This document shows positions 15,122 through 24,030 of a stretch of 33,188 nt of DNA, piece by piece. The notes below the pieces were generated by a model that was not told where the DNA came from, searched no databases, and saw nothing but the letters and a program-made list of their open reading frames with translations. Made by a program: the position numbers and the translations under genes. The number at the start of each line of letters is the position of its first letter. Within the stretch, counting starts at the first letter, position 1. The DNA is from Tepidisphaeraceae bacterium. GTDB lineage: Bacteria > Planctomycetota > Phycisphaerae > Tepidisphaerales > Tepidisphaeraceae. The stretch lies in the NCBI GenBank assembly GCA_036265245.1, contig DATAPK010000624.1:1-33188 (forward strand), given 5' to 3'.

Positions 15122-15919
15122 TCAGCGTAATTCGAGCATACCGAATTTGTCCATGTCATCGAAGGTCTGATTTTCGCCGCCCATGGACCAGATGAATTTG
15201 TAGGCACTGGTGCCGCAGCCGCAGTGGATGGACCAGGGGGGCGAGAGGGCGCATTGTTCATTGGCGATCCAGAGATGCCGGGAGTTTTGCGGGGGCCCGA
15301 GGAAATGGGAGACGACGTTTTCGCCGAGGTTGAAATAGAAATAGATTTCGCTGCGGCGAAGGTGCGTGTGGGGCGGCATGGTGTTCCAGACGCTGCCTTC
15401 GTATAGCTCGGTGAAACCCATGACAAGCTGGCAACTTTTGATGCCTTTGGCGTGGATCATCTGATAGATCGTGCGCTTGTTGGCGGTGGCGGGGCTGCCC
15501 AGGTGCACCGCGTTGCATTCGCTTTTACGGACCAGGGTTGTGGGATAAGCGTGATGGGCGGGGCAACTGTTGATGTAGAACTTGGCGAGTTCTTTCTTGC
15601 CTTTGCTGGCGAAGGTGACGTCGCGGCTGCCCATGGCGATGTAGAGGCAGGCGAGGTTTTCGAGATCGTATTTTTTGCCATCGACGGTGATCACGCCGGG
15701 GCCGCCGACGTTGATGATGCCCATCTCGCGGCGTTCGAGGAAGAAGTCGGCACCGGTCTGCTTGAAGTTTTCGAGCTTGACGGGGGACGCTGGGGAGACG
15801 CCGGCGACGGCGAGGCGATCGAGGTCGGTAAACGTCCAATTGAGCTTGTTGGCGTCGAAGATTTTGTCGATCAGGAATGTCGCCCGCAGGTCTTCGGTGG
15901 TCATTGACTGGACGTCCAT
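15122..15919 (-). CDS. kduI: 5-dehydro-4-deoxy-D-glucuronate isomerase (4-deoxy-L-threo-5-hexosulose-uronate ketol-isomerase)
   Basis: Strong by-eye match to E. coli KduI along the whole length. Matching stretches: MDV start, FFLERREMGIINVGG, FYINSCPAHHAYPT, CQLVMGFTEL, WNTMPPHTH, RSEIYFYFN, FIWSMGGENQTFDDMD. ATG 15919 matches the E. coli N-terminus. The track start at 15967 is a TTG with a GGAG upstream and cannot be excluded. Confidence 0.9.
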   Translation of the reverse strand: MDVQSMTTEDLRATFLIDKIFDANKLNWTFTDLDRLAVAGVSPASPVKLENFKQTGADFFLERREMGIINVGGPGVITVDGKKYDLENLACLYIAMGSRDVTFASKGKKELAKFYINSCPAHHAYPTTLVRKSECNAVHLGSPATANKRTIYQMIHAKGIKSCQLVMGFTELYEGSVWNTMPPHTHLRRSEIYFYFNLGENVVSHFLGPPQNSRHLWIANEQCALSPPWSIHCGCGTSAYKFIWSMGGENQTFDDMDKFGMLELR

Positions 15920-16026
15920 CGGCCTGGGGGAAGAAAGCACCGGCGGTTGTATTACTGGCTTTGGCAAGGGAAACTCCGCTTGAATTAAAGTGGCGACATC
16001 ATAGAAAAGTCGGCGGAGAAATACAC

Positions 16027-17973
16027 ATGCTGAGAAGAGTTTGTCGAAGGGTGGTGATCGGGATAGGGATTGCCTGTGGTTCGGTGGGGTGCCAGGCGCA
16101 GGATGCGGCTCGGATTCCGGCGTCTCATCCGGCGTCGGCGGCGCTCAAGAAGCTGTTTTCGACGCCAGCCGCCACCGATTTTCGAGCCACTTCAGTTCAT
16201 CGCGACGATTATCTAACTCTTGTGGCGGCGGATATCGACTTCTTCAAGCAGTATCAGAATGAGGCCGGCGCGATCATCGATCCGGTTCGTCATGAGGAGA
16301 TACAGTATTCGACGCCGGCCTTTGCGCTGGCGGCGGCGACGCTGGCAGCGGAGAGAAATCGCGAAGATTTGCTGGACCCCGCGGTGCGGGCGATGACGTT
16401 TGCGACGCACGCCCTGGCTAATCACACCAGCGCGAACGGGCACGCGGATTTTTATATCCCGCTGCTGATGCACACCCGGCGGATTCTCAAGGATCATGTC
16501 GCCAAAGAGACGTTGGCCAAATGGGATGCGGATTTTGGGCAGATCGTGCCGGAAACACATTATCACGACGCCGCCGCCCAGATGAACTGGAATATCGTGA
16601 ACGTTGACGGCGAATCGCAGCGGCGAACGGAGGGATTGGTGGTGGCGGATCAATTGCCCGCCCAGGAGAAGTACATTGAGCGATCGTTGGCGAAACAACA
16701 ATCACATTTTACCCGGTTTGGGATGTATGACGATCCGAATGGGCCGCTGGCATATGACGCGTTTCCGCGATTGTGGCTGGAAGACCTGATGGCGGGCGGA
16801 CAGTTTCAGGGGGCGCATGCGCAGGACATTCGCGATTTTCTTTTGGCGGGCGGGTTGTCTTCTTTGTTGATGCTTTCGCCGACGGGGGAATGGGCGGAGG
16901 GTGGGCGATCGGCGCAACATCAGTGGAATGAAGCGCAGATGGTGGTGATTTTTGAGATTAATGCGCAAAAGTGGCATGCAATGGGATGCGAGCAAATCGC
17001 GGGAGCGATGAAACGGAGTGCGCATCTGGCGTTCGGATCGATGCTTCGATGGCAGCGGCCCAGCGGGGAACTTTGGATTATCAAAAATCATGCCGAGCCT
17101 CAGACTCGGCTGGGATTCGAGGACTATTCGTCGCATTCGCAATACAACCTCCTGCCGATGGCGATGCTTTGCATGGCGTTTGGGTATGCAAACGAATCGA
17201 TTCACGAGCAGCCAGCGCCGTGCGAAGTTGGCGGATTTGTTTTTGATGTTCGCGAGACGTTCCACAAGGTTTTTGCAAATGCGGGCGGGATGTATGTCGA
17301 GATCGATACTGCGGCCGATGCGCACTACAACGCGACGGGATTGCAGCGGGTGCATCGCAAGGATGTGCCGCTGTCGCCACTGTCGGATAGCACGGCGGCC
17401 GAACGAGCTTATGGGCCGAATGGGGATGCGAACCGAGCGGCGATGTCGCCGGGGATTCAGTGGATGAGCGAAGGCAAGGACACAAATGGGCGGTGGATGT
17501 CGTTGGGGGATTTTGTCAATGCAACGCAGCCCAAGCCAGAGCGCGGCGAGGGTGTAGTCGCTTCGACGGATCTGGCGATTCAGACCCAGGCGCCGCGCCG
17601 AGTTTCATTTAATTTAACTTACCATTTGCTCGGGGCGGGGGACGTGGCAGAGTCTTATTCGATCTCGCCGGATCAGGTGGAGGGCAAGAGCGAATTGCGC
17701 GGGAATAGGACAGGCAAGACGCGGGTTTTATTTCCTGTTCTTGTGAATGATGGATCGCAGGATCTTCCAGTGAAAGTGTCGGCGGGACGAATTACGGAGA
17801 AGCGGGATGATTCGGTGTTGAATTGGCAAATCATCTCGCCGCTTGATATCTCGCTCTCTGTTCAGGGGCCTCGTATTCCATGTCACAATGGGTATATGCA
17901 GGCGGCGATAGGGGATTTGCCGGATAAAACGGGCAGGTTTACCTGGCGGCTGACGCTGGAGCGTGCGAAGTAA
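16027..17973 (+). CDS. Hypothetical secreted protein, ~648 aa (candidate carbohydrate-active enzyme by context only)
   Basis: ATG at 16027 with GGAG 8 nt upstream. Signal-like N-terminus MLRRVCRRVVIGIGIACGSVGCQA. Divergent from kduI. No motif I can name. The track start at 15877 overlaps the kduI 5' end. Confidence 0.6.
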   Translation: MLRRVCRRVVIGIGIACGSVGCQAQDAARIPASHPASAALKKLFSTPAATDFRATSVHRDDYLTLVAADIDFFKQYQNEAGAIIDPVRHEEIQYSTPAFALAAATLAAERNREDLLDPAVRAMTFATHALANHTSANGHADFYIPLLMHTRRILKDHVAKETLAKWDADFGQIVPETHYHDAAAQMNWNIVNVDGESQRRTEGLVVADQLPAQEKYIERSLAKQQSHFTRFGMYDDPNGPLAYDAFPRLWLEDLMAGGQFQGAHAQDIRDFLLAGGLSSLLMLSPTGEWAEGGRSAQHQWNEAQMVVIFEINAQKWHAMGCEQIAGAMKRSAHLAFGSMLRWQRPSGELWIIKNHAEPQTRLGFEDYSSHSQYNLLPMAMLCMAFGYANESIHEQPAPCEVGGFVFDVRETFHKVFANAGGMYVEIDTAADAHYNATGLQRVHRKDVPLSPLSDSTAAERAYGPNGDANRAAMSPGIQWMSEGKDTNGRWMSLGDFVNATQPKPERGEGVVASTDLAIQTQAPRRVSFNLTYHLLGAGDVAESYSISPDQVEGKSELRGNRTGKTRVLFPVLVNDGSQDLPVKVSAGRITEKRDDSVLNWQIISPLDISLSVQGPRIPCHNGYMQAAIGDLPDKTGRFTWRLTLERAK

Positions 17974-17999
17974 ATCAACAGTAACTATCATTCTGCCCA

Positions 18000-20057
18000 A
18001 TGACTGACACCCTTGCTGCCCTTGATGATTCCGTCTCGCAAAACTATTGGTTTGGCGTTGCCGCGCTGTTTGTGCTGGTGCTGATCGCTTATTGGCCATC
18101 AATGGGCGGGCAATTTTTGTGGGATGACGATTATTACGTGACGCATAATTCGGCGCTGAATCATCCCGATGGGATCGAGCAGATTTGGGCGGGGATTCGC
18201 AGTCCGCAAATCTACCCGGTGCCGCAGTATTATCCGATGACCATCACCAGCTTCTGGGCACAGACGCGAGCGCATAATTTTGACCAGCCGCTGGCGCCGG
18301 GGCCGTTTCATTTGATCAATGTGCTGCTGCATGTGGCGAGCGCGTGGATGCTCTGGACGATTTTGCGACGGCTGAAGATTCCGGGCGCTTTTGTGGCGGC
18401 GGCGATCTGGGCGCTGCATCCGGTGCAGGTGGAATCGGTCGCATGGATCACTGAGCGGAAAAATGTGCTGTCGGGATTTTTCGCATTCGCGTCGTTGCTG
18501 ATCTACTTGCGCTTCTGCGGGCTTGATGTGCCCGCGGAGGGCGAACAGCGCACGCCGATGTCGCTGCCGACGGAGCAGTGGAAGCTTTATGCCTTGGCGC
18601 TGGTGCTGTTTATCTGCTCGATTCTGAGCAAATCGGTGACGGGTTCGTTGCCTGCGGTCATCTTGCTGTTGATTTGGTGGAAGCGCGGGACGATCAAGGC
18701 GGCGGATGTGCTGGAGCTGATTCCATTTTTTGTGCTGGCGATCGGGATGGGGATTGTGACACATATTTTTGAAAAAAATGTGGTTGGCGCGCAGGGGCCG
18801 GAATGGGATTCGATTTCCGCAGGGCAGCGATTTTTGATCGCGGGCGGGGCGGTTTGGTTTTATCTGTGGAAGCTATTTTGGCCGGCGAATCTGGTGTTTG
18901 TGTATCCGCGATGGGATTTGCATTCGCCGATCCTGGTGGGGGCGCTAATTGCGGGGATAGCGGGATTGGTGGCGTTGTTTGCGGCGCGGGGACGGATTGG
19001 AAAAGGGCCGGCTGTGGTGGCGATGATCTTTGCGGGGTCGCTGTTTCCGGCGCTGGGGTTCATCAATGTGTTTCCGATGCGATACTCGTTTGTCGCGGAT
19101 CACTTTCAATATCTGGCGTGCTGCGCGGTGATTGTGGGCGTGGTGTGGTGTCTGCATCGATTTTTTACGTCGGCCATGCGATTTGCCGTTGCATCGGGGT
19201 TGATCCTGGGAGCGTTGACCGCGATTACCTGGGGCCAGAATCATATTTATGCCAGCCCCGCGAATCTCTGGACGGATACGGTCAACAAAAATCCCAATGC
19301 GTGGATCGCGCACAACAACCTTGGCGTGGTTTATCTGAACGAAGACAAGCTCGATGATGCCGAGCGCCAATTTAATCGTGCTCTTGAACTGAAGCCCGAT
19401 CATGTGGAAGCGTTGATGAATCTGGGGTTGATTGCGGACAAACGCGGTGATGTGAATAAGGCGATTGAATTCATGCGGAATGCGATCAGGGCGTCCGAAA
19501 ATGACCCGATCCATCAGAAGGAATATGCCCAGGTTTATTTCCAAATCGGGCAACTGTTTCAGGAGCAGCACGATCCCGTCGCTGCGTTTGCCGCCTATCG
19601 AACCGGCATCGATGCGAACCATCGCGATCTGCCATTGCTCAATGCGATGGGAGCGTTGCTGATGGACCGGGGTGATCTGGAACACGCAAAGGCCTGGTTT
19701 CAGCGGGCGATCGATATCGATCCGCTATTTTTGCTCGCGCATACGAACATGGGCACGGTTTGGGATCGGCAGGGCGATCAGGAAAAGGCGATGCGAGAAT
19801 GGACGTTGGTGCTGATGCACAATCCCAAGGACGTGGTGGCTCTCAATAGTCTGGGGGCGCTGTTTGCATCCAACGGGCAATACGATACGGCGATGTCGTT
19901 TTTCAAGAAGGCACTGCAATTTCAACCGGATTTCACGCCTGCGCAGCAGAATCTGGTGTTGGTTGTTCGCAAAAAACAGGCGGCGGCGAGCCAGCCGGCG
20001 ACGACGAGGACAACGACGATGCAGGCGACCCCTACTCAGCCGACGACGGTGCCGTAA
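18000..20057 (+). CDS. Multi-pass membrane GT-C-like protein with C-terminal TPR repeats (TMTC/PMT-like glycosyltransferase family)
   Basis: 685 aa. The N-terminal half has ~10 hydrophobic helices and an early acidic loop FLWDDDYYV, typical of GT-C enzymes. The C-terminal ~250 aa carry repeated TPR signatures (AHNNLGVVYLNEDKLDDAERQFNRALELKPDH, ALMNLGLIADKRGD, ALNSLGALFASNGQYDTAMSFFKKALQFQPDF). Confidence 0.75.
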   Translation: MTDTLAALDDSVSQNYWFGVAALFVLVLIAYWPSMGGQFLWDDDYYVTHNSALNHPDGIEQIWAGIRSPQIYPVPQYYPMTITSFWAQTRAHNFDQPLAPGPFHLINVLLHVASAWMLWTILRRLKIPGAFVAAAIWALHPVQVESVAWITERKNVLSGFFAFASLLIYLRFCGLDVPAEGEQRTPMSLPTEQWKLYALALVLFICSILSKSVTGSLPAVILLLIWWKRGTIKAADVLELIPFFVLAIGMGIVTHIFEKNVVGAQGPEWDSISAGQRFLIAGGAVWFYLWKLFWPANLVFVYPRWDLHSPILVGALIAGIAGLVALFAARGRIGKGPAVVAMIFAGSLFPALGFINVFPMRYSFVADHFQYLACCAVIVGVVWCLHRFFTSAMRFAVASGLILGALTAITWGQNHIYASPANLWTDTVNKNPNAWIAHNNLGVVYLNEDKLDDAERQFNRALELKPDHVEALMNLGLIADKRGDVNKAIEFMRNAIRASENDPIHQKEYAQVYFQIGQLFQEQHDPVAAFAAYRTGIDANHRDLPLLNAMGALLMDRGDLEHAKAWFQRAIDIDPLFLLAHTNMGTVWDRQGDQEKAMREWTLVLMHNPKDVVALNSLGALFASNGQYDTAMSFFKKALQFQPDFTPAQQNLVLVVRKKQAAASQPATTRTTTMQATPTQPTTVP

Positions 20058-20103
20058 AGGGAGGTTGTTGATTTGTTTAGTGAGGTTGGTTGGGACGTGA
20101 TTT

Positions 20104-20122
20104 CCGCGACCGATGGTCGCGG
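20104..20122 (+). terminator. GC-rich hairpin downstream of the TPR gene (possible terminator)
   Basis: ccgcgacc-gat-ggtcgcgg gives an 8-bp stem 47 nt after the stop at 20057, followed by ctttataa. It shares the GTCGCGGCT arm with the hairpins at 287-299 and 2190-2197. Confidence 0.35.
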
Positions 20123-20223
20123 CTTTATAAGGGGGCGCTGTTTGAGATAGAGCGCGGTGTTGGGAATCAATAATTGGCCTGACAGCGCATTTTCCTTCAG
20201 CCCGGCTTACAATATTGCCGCTC

Positions 20224-21279
20224 ATGACTTCGGTTCATCTCGATCATATTTTCAAGCGATTCGGCGCGACGGTGGCCCTGAATGACATCAACCTGAAAAT
20301 CAACGCGGGCGAATTGTTTTTCCTGCTCGGGCCGAGTGGATGTGGGAAGAGCACGCTGCTGCGATTGATCGCGGGCTTGCACGAGCCCAGCGAGGGGCGA
20401 ATTTATTTTAACGATCGCGATGTGACGAATCTGCCGACCGAGCAGCGCAATGCGGTGATGTGTTTTCAGAGTTATGCGCTTTGGCCGCACATGAGCGTGC
20501 GGGAGAACGTGCGGTTTGGGTTGGACGTGCGCGCTCTGGAGCGCACGCAGCGGGAAAAACGGGTGGACGAGGTTCTTGCGCTGGTGCAGATGGAAAAGTT
20601 TGCGGATCGAAAGCCCAACCAGCTTTCGGGTGGGCAGCAGCAGCGCGTTGCCCTGGCACGGGCGCTGGCGGTGAATCCGGATTGTTTGTTGCTGGATGAG
20701 CCGCTGTCGAATCTGGATGCGCAGCTTCGGCTGGAGATGCGAAGCGAGATTCGCCGCATCTGCAAGACCGGGGGATTCACCACGATCTACGTGACGCACG
20801 ATCAGAAAGAGGCGCTGAGCGTGGCGGATCGAATCGCGGTGCTGAAAGACGGCAAGCTGGCGCAGATGGGCACGCCGGGCGAACTTTATCATCGTCCGAA
20901 TAGCGCATTTGTCGCGTCGTTCATGGGGCAGACGAATCTTTTGAGCGGCAAGGTGATCGAGCGGCACGCGACCACGGTGCGCGTGGAGACGGCGGTTGGT
21001 AAATTCGTCGCCAGCAGCAATGTCGGCGTGCCGGATCGAGTGACCATCAGCATCCGCCCGGAGCAAATGCAGATCGTTCGCGGCGACATGATTCATCACG
21101 GACGCAATCGACTGACCGGCCAGCCGACAGAGATGACCTTTCTGGGCGAGGCGTCGGAGCATGTGCTGAAGGTGAAGGATCAGACATTGAAAGTGATTAG
21201 CGCGCCACCGCTATTTGATGTGCCGGCGGAATTGACCGTGGAGTTTGATCCGGAGGACGTGGTAGTGTTGGCGGAGTAA
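20224..21279 (+). CDS. ABC transporter ATP-binding protein (PotA/FbpC-type importer ATPase)
   Basis: Walker A GPSGCGKST, signature LSGGQQQRVALARAL, Walker B LLLDEPLS, H-loop YVTHD, plus a C-terminal regulatory/TOBE-like extension. The first ATG is 20224 (MTSVHLDHIFKRFG). The track start at 20215 is a TTG. Confidence 0.9.
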   Translation: MTSVHLDHIFKRFGATVALNDINLKINAGELFFLLGPSGCGKSTLLRLIAGLHEPSEGRIYFNDRDVTNLPTEQRNAVMCFQSYALWPHMSVRENVRFGLDVRALERTQREKRVDEVLALVQMEKFADRKPNQLSGGQQQRVALARALAVNPDCLLLDEPLSNLDAQLRLEMRSEIRRICKTGGFTTIYVTHDQKEALSVADRIAVLKDGKLAQMGTPGELYHRPNSAFVASFMGQTNLLSGKVIERHATTVRVETAVGKFVASSNVGVPDRVTISIRPEQMQIVRGDMIHHGRNRLTGQPTEMTFLGEASEHVLKVKDQTLKVISAPPLFDVPAELTVEFDPEDVVVLAE

Positions 21280-21338
21280 GGCAAGTTGACGATTTCGCTT
21301 GCGAGCGAAACGAGAGAATCTGTTGTTGGAGGTTTGTT

Positions 21339-22832
21339 ATGAGCGTAACTATGACTGAAGCGGCCCCGATCGTCCCTAATTTTATTGGCGGGCAATGGAA
21401 TCGGCCTAAGCTCGAAACATACGGCAACGTTTACAATCCTTCGACCGGCGAAGTGATCGGCCAGGTGCCGTTTTGCGGCGTGAAGGAAGTGGACGAAGCG
21501 GTTGAGGCGGCAAGCAAGGCGTTTGTGTCTTGGTCGAATATGCCGGTCATGAAACGCTCGGCGATTTTGTTTCGCTATCGCGAGTTGATGCATCAGTACG
21601 CCGACGAGTTGATTCGACTGGTGACCAAGGAGAACGGCAAAACAATCGAAGAATCGAAAGGGGATGTTCGCCGTGGGATTGAAGTGATCGAATTTTGTTG
21701 CGGCATCGCGCATCTAAGCAAGGGGGAAAGCGTTCAGCAATTGGCGGATGAACTGGATGCGGTGACGATGCGCGAAGCGATCGGCGTTTGCGCTGGCATC
21801 ACGCCGTTCAATTTCCCCGCGATGGTGCCGCTGTGGATGTATCCGATGGCGATCGCGTGTGGAAATACGTTTATCCTTAAGCCCAGCGAAAAAGTGCCGC
21901 TGACCGCGGTGCGCATGGCGGAGCTTTTTCAGGAAGCGGGATTGCCGGATGGCGTGTTGAATATCGTTCATGGCGGGCGAGAAGTGGTGGATGCGCTGTG
22001 CACGCATCCGAAGATCGCGGCGGTGAGTTTTGTCGGATCGACTCGCGTGGCCAAGCACGTTTATGAAACTTCATCTAAACATGGCAAGCGGTGCCAGTCT
22101 GCGGGTGGGGCGAAGAATGTGTTGCTCGTGATGCCCGACGCCGAGCCGGAATCGACGATGCGTGCGGTGATGGGAAGCGCCTTTGGCAACGCGGGGCAGC
22201 GTTGCATGGCGGGTAGTGTCATCATGGGCATCGGCAAAGAGCAGGACGATCTTCGCGATCTGGTTCTGGATTCGATGCGGAAGCTGAAGATGGACGACAC
22301 GCTGGCGAACCCCAAGGCGGACATGGGGCCGGTGATTGACGGAGTGTCGCGAGATCGCATCCGCAAGATCATCGCGGCGGCGCCGAGCGAGGGGGCAAAG
22401 GTGGTGGAAGATGGGACGAAGGCGACGCGCGATCGCGGATTTTTTGTCGGGCCGACGCTCATCGATCATGTGCAGCCGCCGATGAGCCTGTTTCGTGAAG
22501 AGATTTTCGGCCCGGTGCTTTCGATGCTCCGTCCGCAGACGCTGGATGAGGCGATCAAGATCATGAACAGCGTTGAATACGGCAACGGCGCGAGCATCTT
22601 TACAACCAGCGGCGCGCCGGCCAGGAAATTCGTCCGCGACATTCAATGCGGCATGCTGGGCGTGAACATCGGCGTGCCGGCGGCCATGGCATTGTTCAGT
22701 TTTAGCGGCTGGAATCAGTCCTTCTTCGGTGACCTGCACGTGCAGGGAATCGAAGGGATGATGTTTTATACACGGCAGAAGACCGTGATGAGCCGGTGGG
22801 ATAGTGCGTATGTGAGGCAGCACGGGTGGTAG
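21339..22832 (+). CDS. mmsA: CoA-acylating methylmalonate-/malonate-semialdehyde dehydrogenase
   Basis: 497 aa, with ATG 21339 preceded by GGAGG. Aldehyde dehydrogenase fold with MMSDH-type motifs: NFIGGQW, FNFPAMVPLWM, ILKPSE, and the catalytic Cys context AGQRCMA. The C-terminus is YTRQKTVMSRW. Confidence 0.88.
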   Translation: MSVTMTEAAPIVPNFIGGQWNRPKLETYGNVYNPSTGEVIGQVPFCGVKEVDEAVEAASKAFVSWSNMPVMKRSAILFRYRELMHQYADELIRLVTKENGKTIEESKGDVRRGIEVIEFCCGIAHLSKGESVQQLADELDAVTMREAIGVCAGITPFNFPAMVPLWMYPMAIACGNTFILKPSEKVPLTAVRMAELFQEAGLPDGVLNIVHGGREVVDALCTHPKIAAVSFVGSTRVAKHVYETSSKHGKRCQSAGGAKNVLLVMPDAEPESTMRAVMGSAFGNAGQRCMAGSVIMGIGKEQDDLRDLVLDSMRKLKMDDTLANPKADMGPVIDGVSRDRIRKIIAAAPSEGAKVVEDGTKATRDRGFFVGPTLIDHVQPPMSLFREEIFGPVLSMLRPQTLDEAIKIMNSVEYGNGASIFTTSGAPARKFVRDIQCGMLGVNIGVPAAMALFSFSGWNQSFFGDLHVQGIEGMMFYTRQKTVMSRWDSAYVRQHGW

Positions 22833-22840
22833 AGGCGTGT

Positions 22841-22963
22841 AAATCCGAATGACCAAACCAGAATGACCAATGAATGACCAAATCCGAATGACGAAAATGA
22901 AATTTGTTGAGTCATTGGGGCTTGGGCATTCATTGGTCACTCGGATTTGGGAATTCGGGTTTC
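22841..22963. repeat. Palindromic intergenic repeat, family A copy 2
   Basis: aaatccgaatgaccaaaccagaatgaccaatgaatgaccaaatccgaatgac pairs with gtcattggggcttgggcattcattggtcactcggatttgggaattcgggtttc across an AT-rich loop. It lies between the mmsA stop (22832) and the MBL gene start (22980). Confidence 0.8.
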
Positions 22964-22979
22964 AGATCGGGGACGGACT

Positions 22980-23837
22980 ATGAGGCCAATGACTCTCAAG
23001 CTCTGGGGCGTGCGCGGGTCGATTCCCAGTCCTGGGCCGAGCACGGTGCGATATGGCGGCAACACTTCCTGCGCGTCGGTGCATTTTGGCGATGATCTGA
23101 CGATCGTTCTCGACACCGGCTCGGGCGCGCGGATGCTTGGCAAATCGCTGCTGGGGAAAAAATCGCCAATCTACATGCTACTGACGCACGATCATTGGGA
23201 TCACATTCAGGGCTTCCCGTTTTTTGCGCCAATTTATGAGGCGGAGCGGGAGATCTACACGTTTCCGGCCAAGAGCGGGCACGCGATGATGTGTACGCTG
23301 GTGATGCAGATGGACGGGGCGCGGTTTCCGATCACGGAAGATGAACTGCGCAGCGTGCAGCATTGCGTGACGAACATTCACGCCGAGGCGTGGTTCGCCA
23401 GCAAGGGTTTGGAGATGCGCCGCATTGCTACGAATCACCCTGGCGGGGCGTATGGCATTCGCATCGACGATGAAGGGCGGTCGATCGTCTATATCCCTGA
23501 CAACGAGATGAATCCGCCGCGAGAGCAGGATCGGGTGACGTCGTTTGATGCGTTTGTGAAGTTTTGCAAGGGAGCGGATGTTCTGATTCACGATTCGCAA
23601 TACACGCCTGCCGATTTTCCGCTGAAGAAGGGATGGGGGCATAGCCTTTGGGTGGAAGGGTGCGAACTGGCGGCAGCGGCCAATGTGAAGCAGCATCTGA
23701 TTTTTCATCACGATCCCGAGCGGACCGACGATCAACTGGATGCCATCGAAGCTGAGGCGAAGGCGTGGATGCAGAAGAAGAATTCGTCGGTGAAAGTCGC
23801 GGTGGCGCGCGAGGGGATGACGTTTGATTTGGGGTGA
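22980..23837 (+). CDS. MBL-fold metallo-hydrolase
   Basis: The start is taken at ATG 22980 (MRPMTLKLWGVRGSIPSPG). The track start at 22947 lies in the family A repeat. Metal-binding motif LLTHDHWDH, plus later H/D residues (HPGGAYG, DSQY, FHHD). Confidence 0.85.
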   Translation: MRPMTLKLWGVRGSIPSPGPSTVRYGGNTSCASVHFGDDLTIVLDTGSGARMLGKSLLGKKSPIYMLLTHDHWDHIQGFPFFAPIYEAEREIYTFPAKSGHAMMCTLVMQMDGARFPITEDELRSVQHCVTNIHAEAWFASKGLEMRRIATNHPGGAYGIRIDDEGRSIVYIPDNEMNPPREQDRVTSFDAFVKFCKGADVLIHDSQYTPADFPLKKGWGHSLWVEGCELAAAANVKQHLIFHHDPERTDDQLDAIEAEAKAWMQKKNSSVKVAVAREGMTFDLG

Positions 23838-23881
23838 GCGGATGTGCGATTGGGGGATATGTATTGACGTGTTGCGTTTTT

Positions 23882-23940
23882 CATCGCTTGTGATTTCGTG
23901 TGTTTTTTTGCTGAAAACGGACGCGAAATCGCAAGCGATG
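23882..23940 (+). other. 59-nt near-perfect hairpin / inverted repeat of unknown function
   Basis: catcgcttgtgatttcgtgt (23882-23901) pairs with acgcgaaatcgcaagcgatg (23921-23940). That is 20 consecutive pairs including two G-T positions, plus a further tttt/aaaa extension around the loop tgctg. It lies in the 193-nt gap between the MBL gene and the solute-binding protein gene. Confidence 0.5.
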
Positions 23941-24030
23941 GATAAGCGTGGCTTGATGCTTATAAATCGGCTCGGTCATTGTCTTTGTTAGCATTCCATC
24001 AAGAAATTCGCCCATTTGGCTGCGTCAGCT

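Noticed and set aside
16213-23735. Long minus-strand ORFs 16702-17355, 18099-18764, 18945-19685, 20197-21162, 22071-22940 and 23178-23735
   Set aside because: Each lies antisense to a plus-strand gene with clear family motifs. The translations are Arg/His/Pro/Gln-rich without domains.
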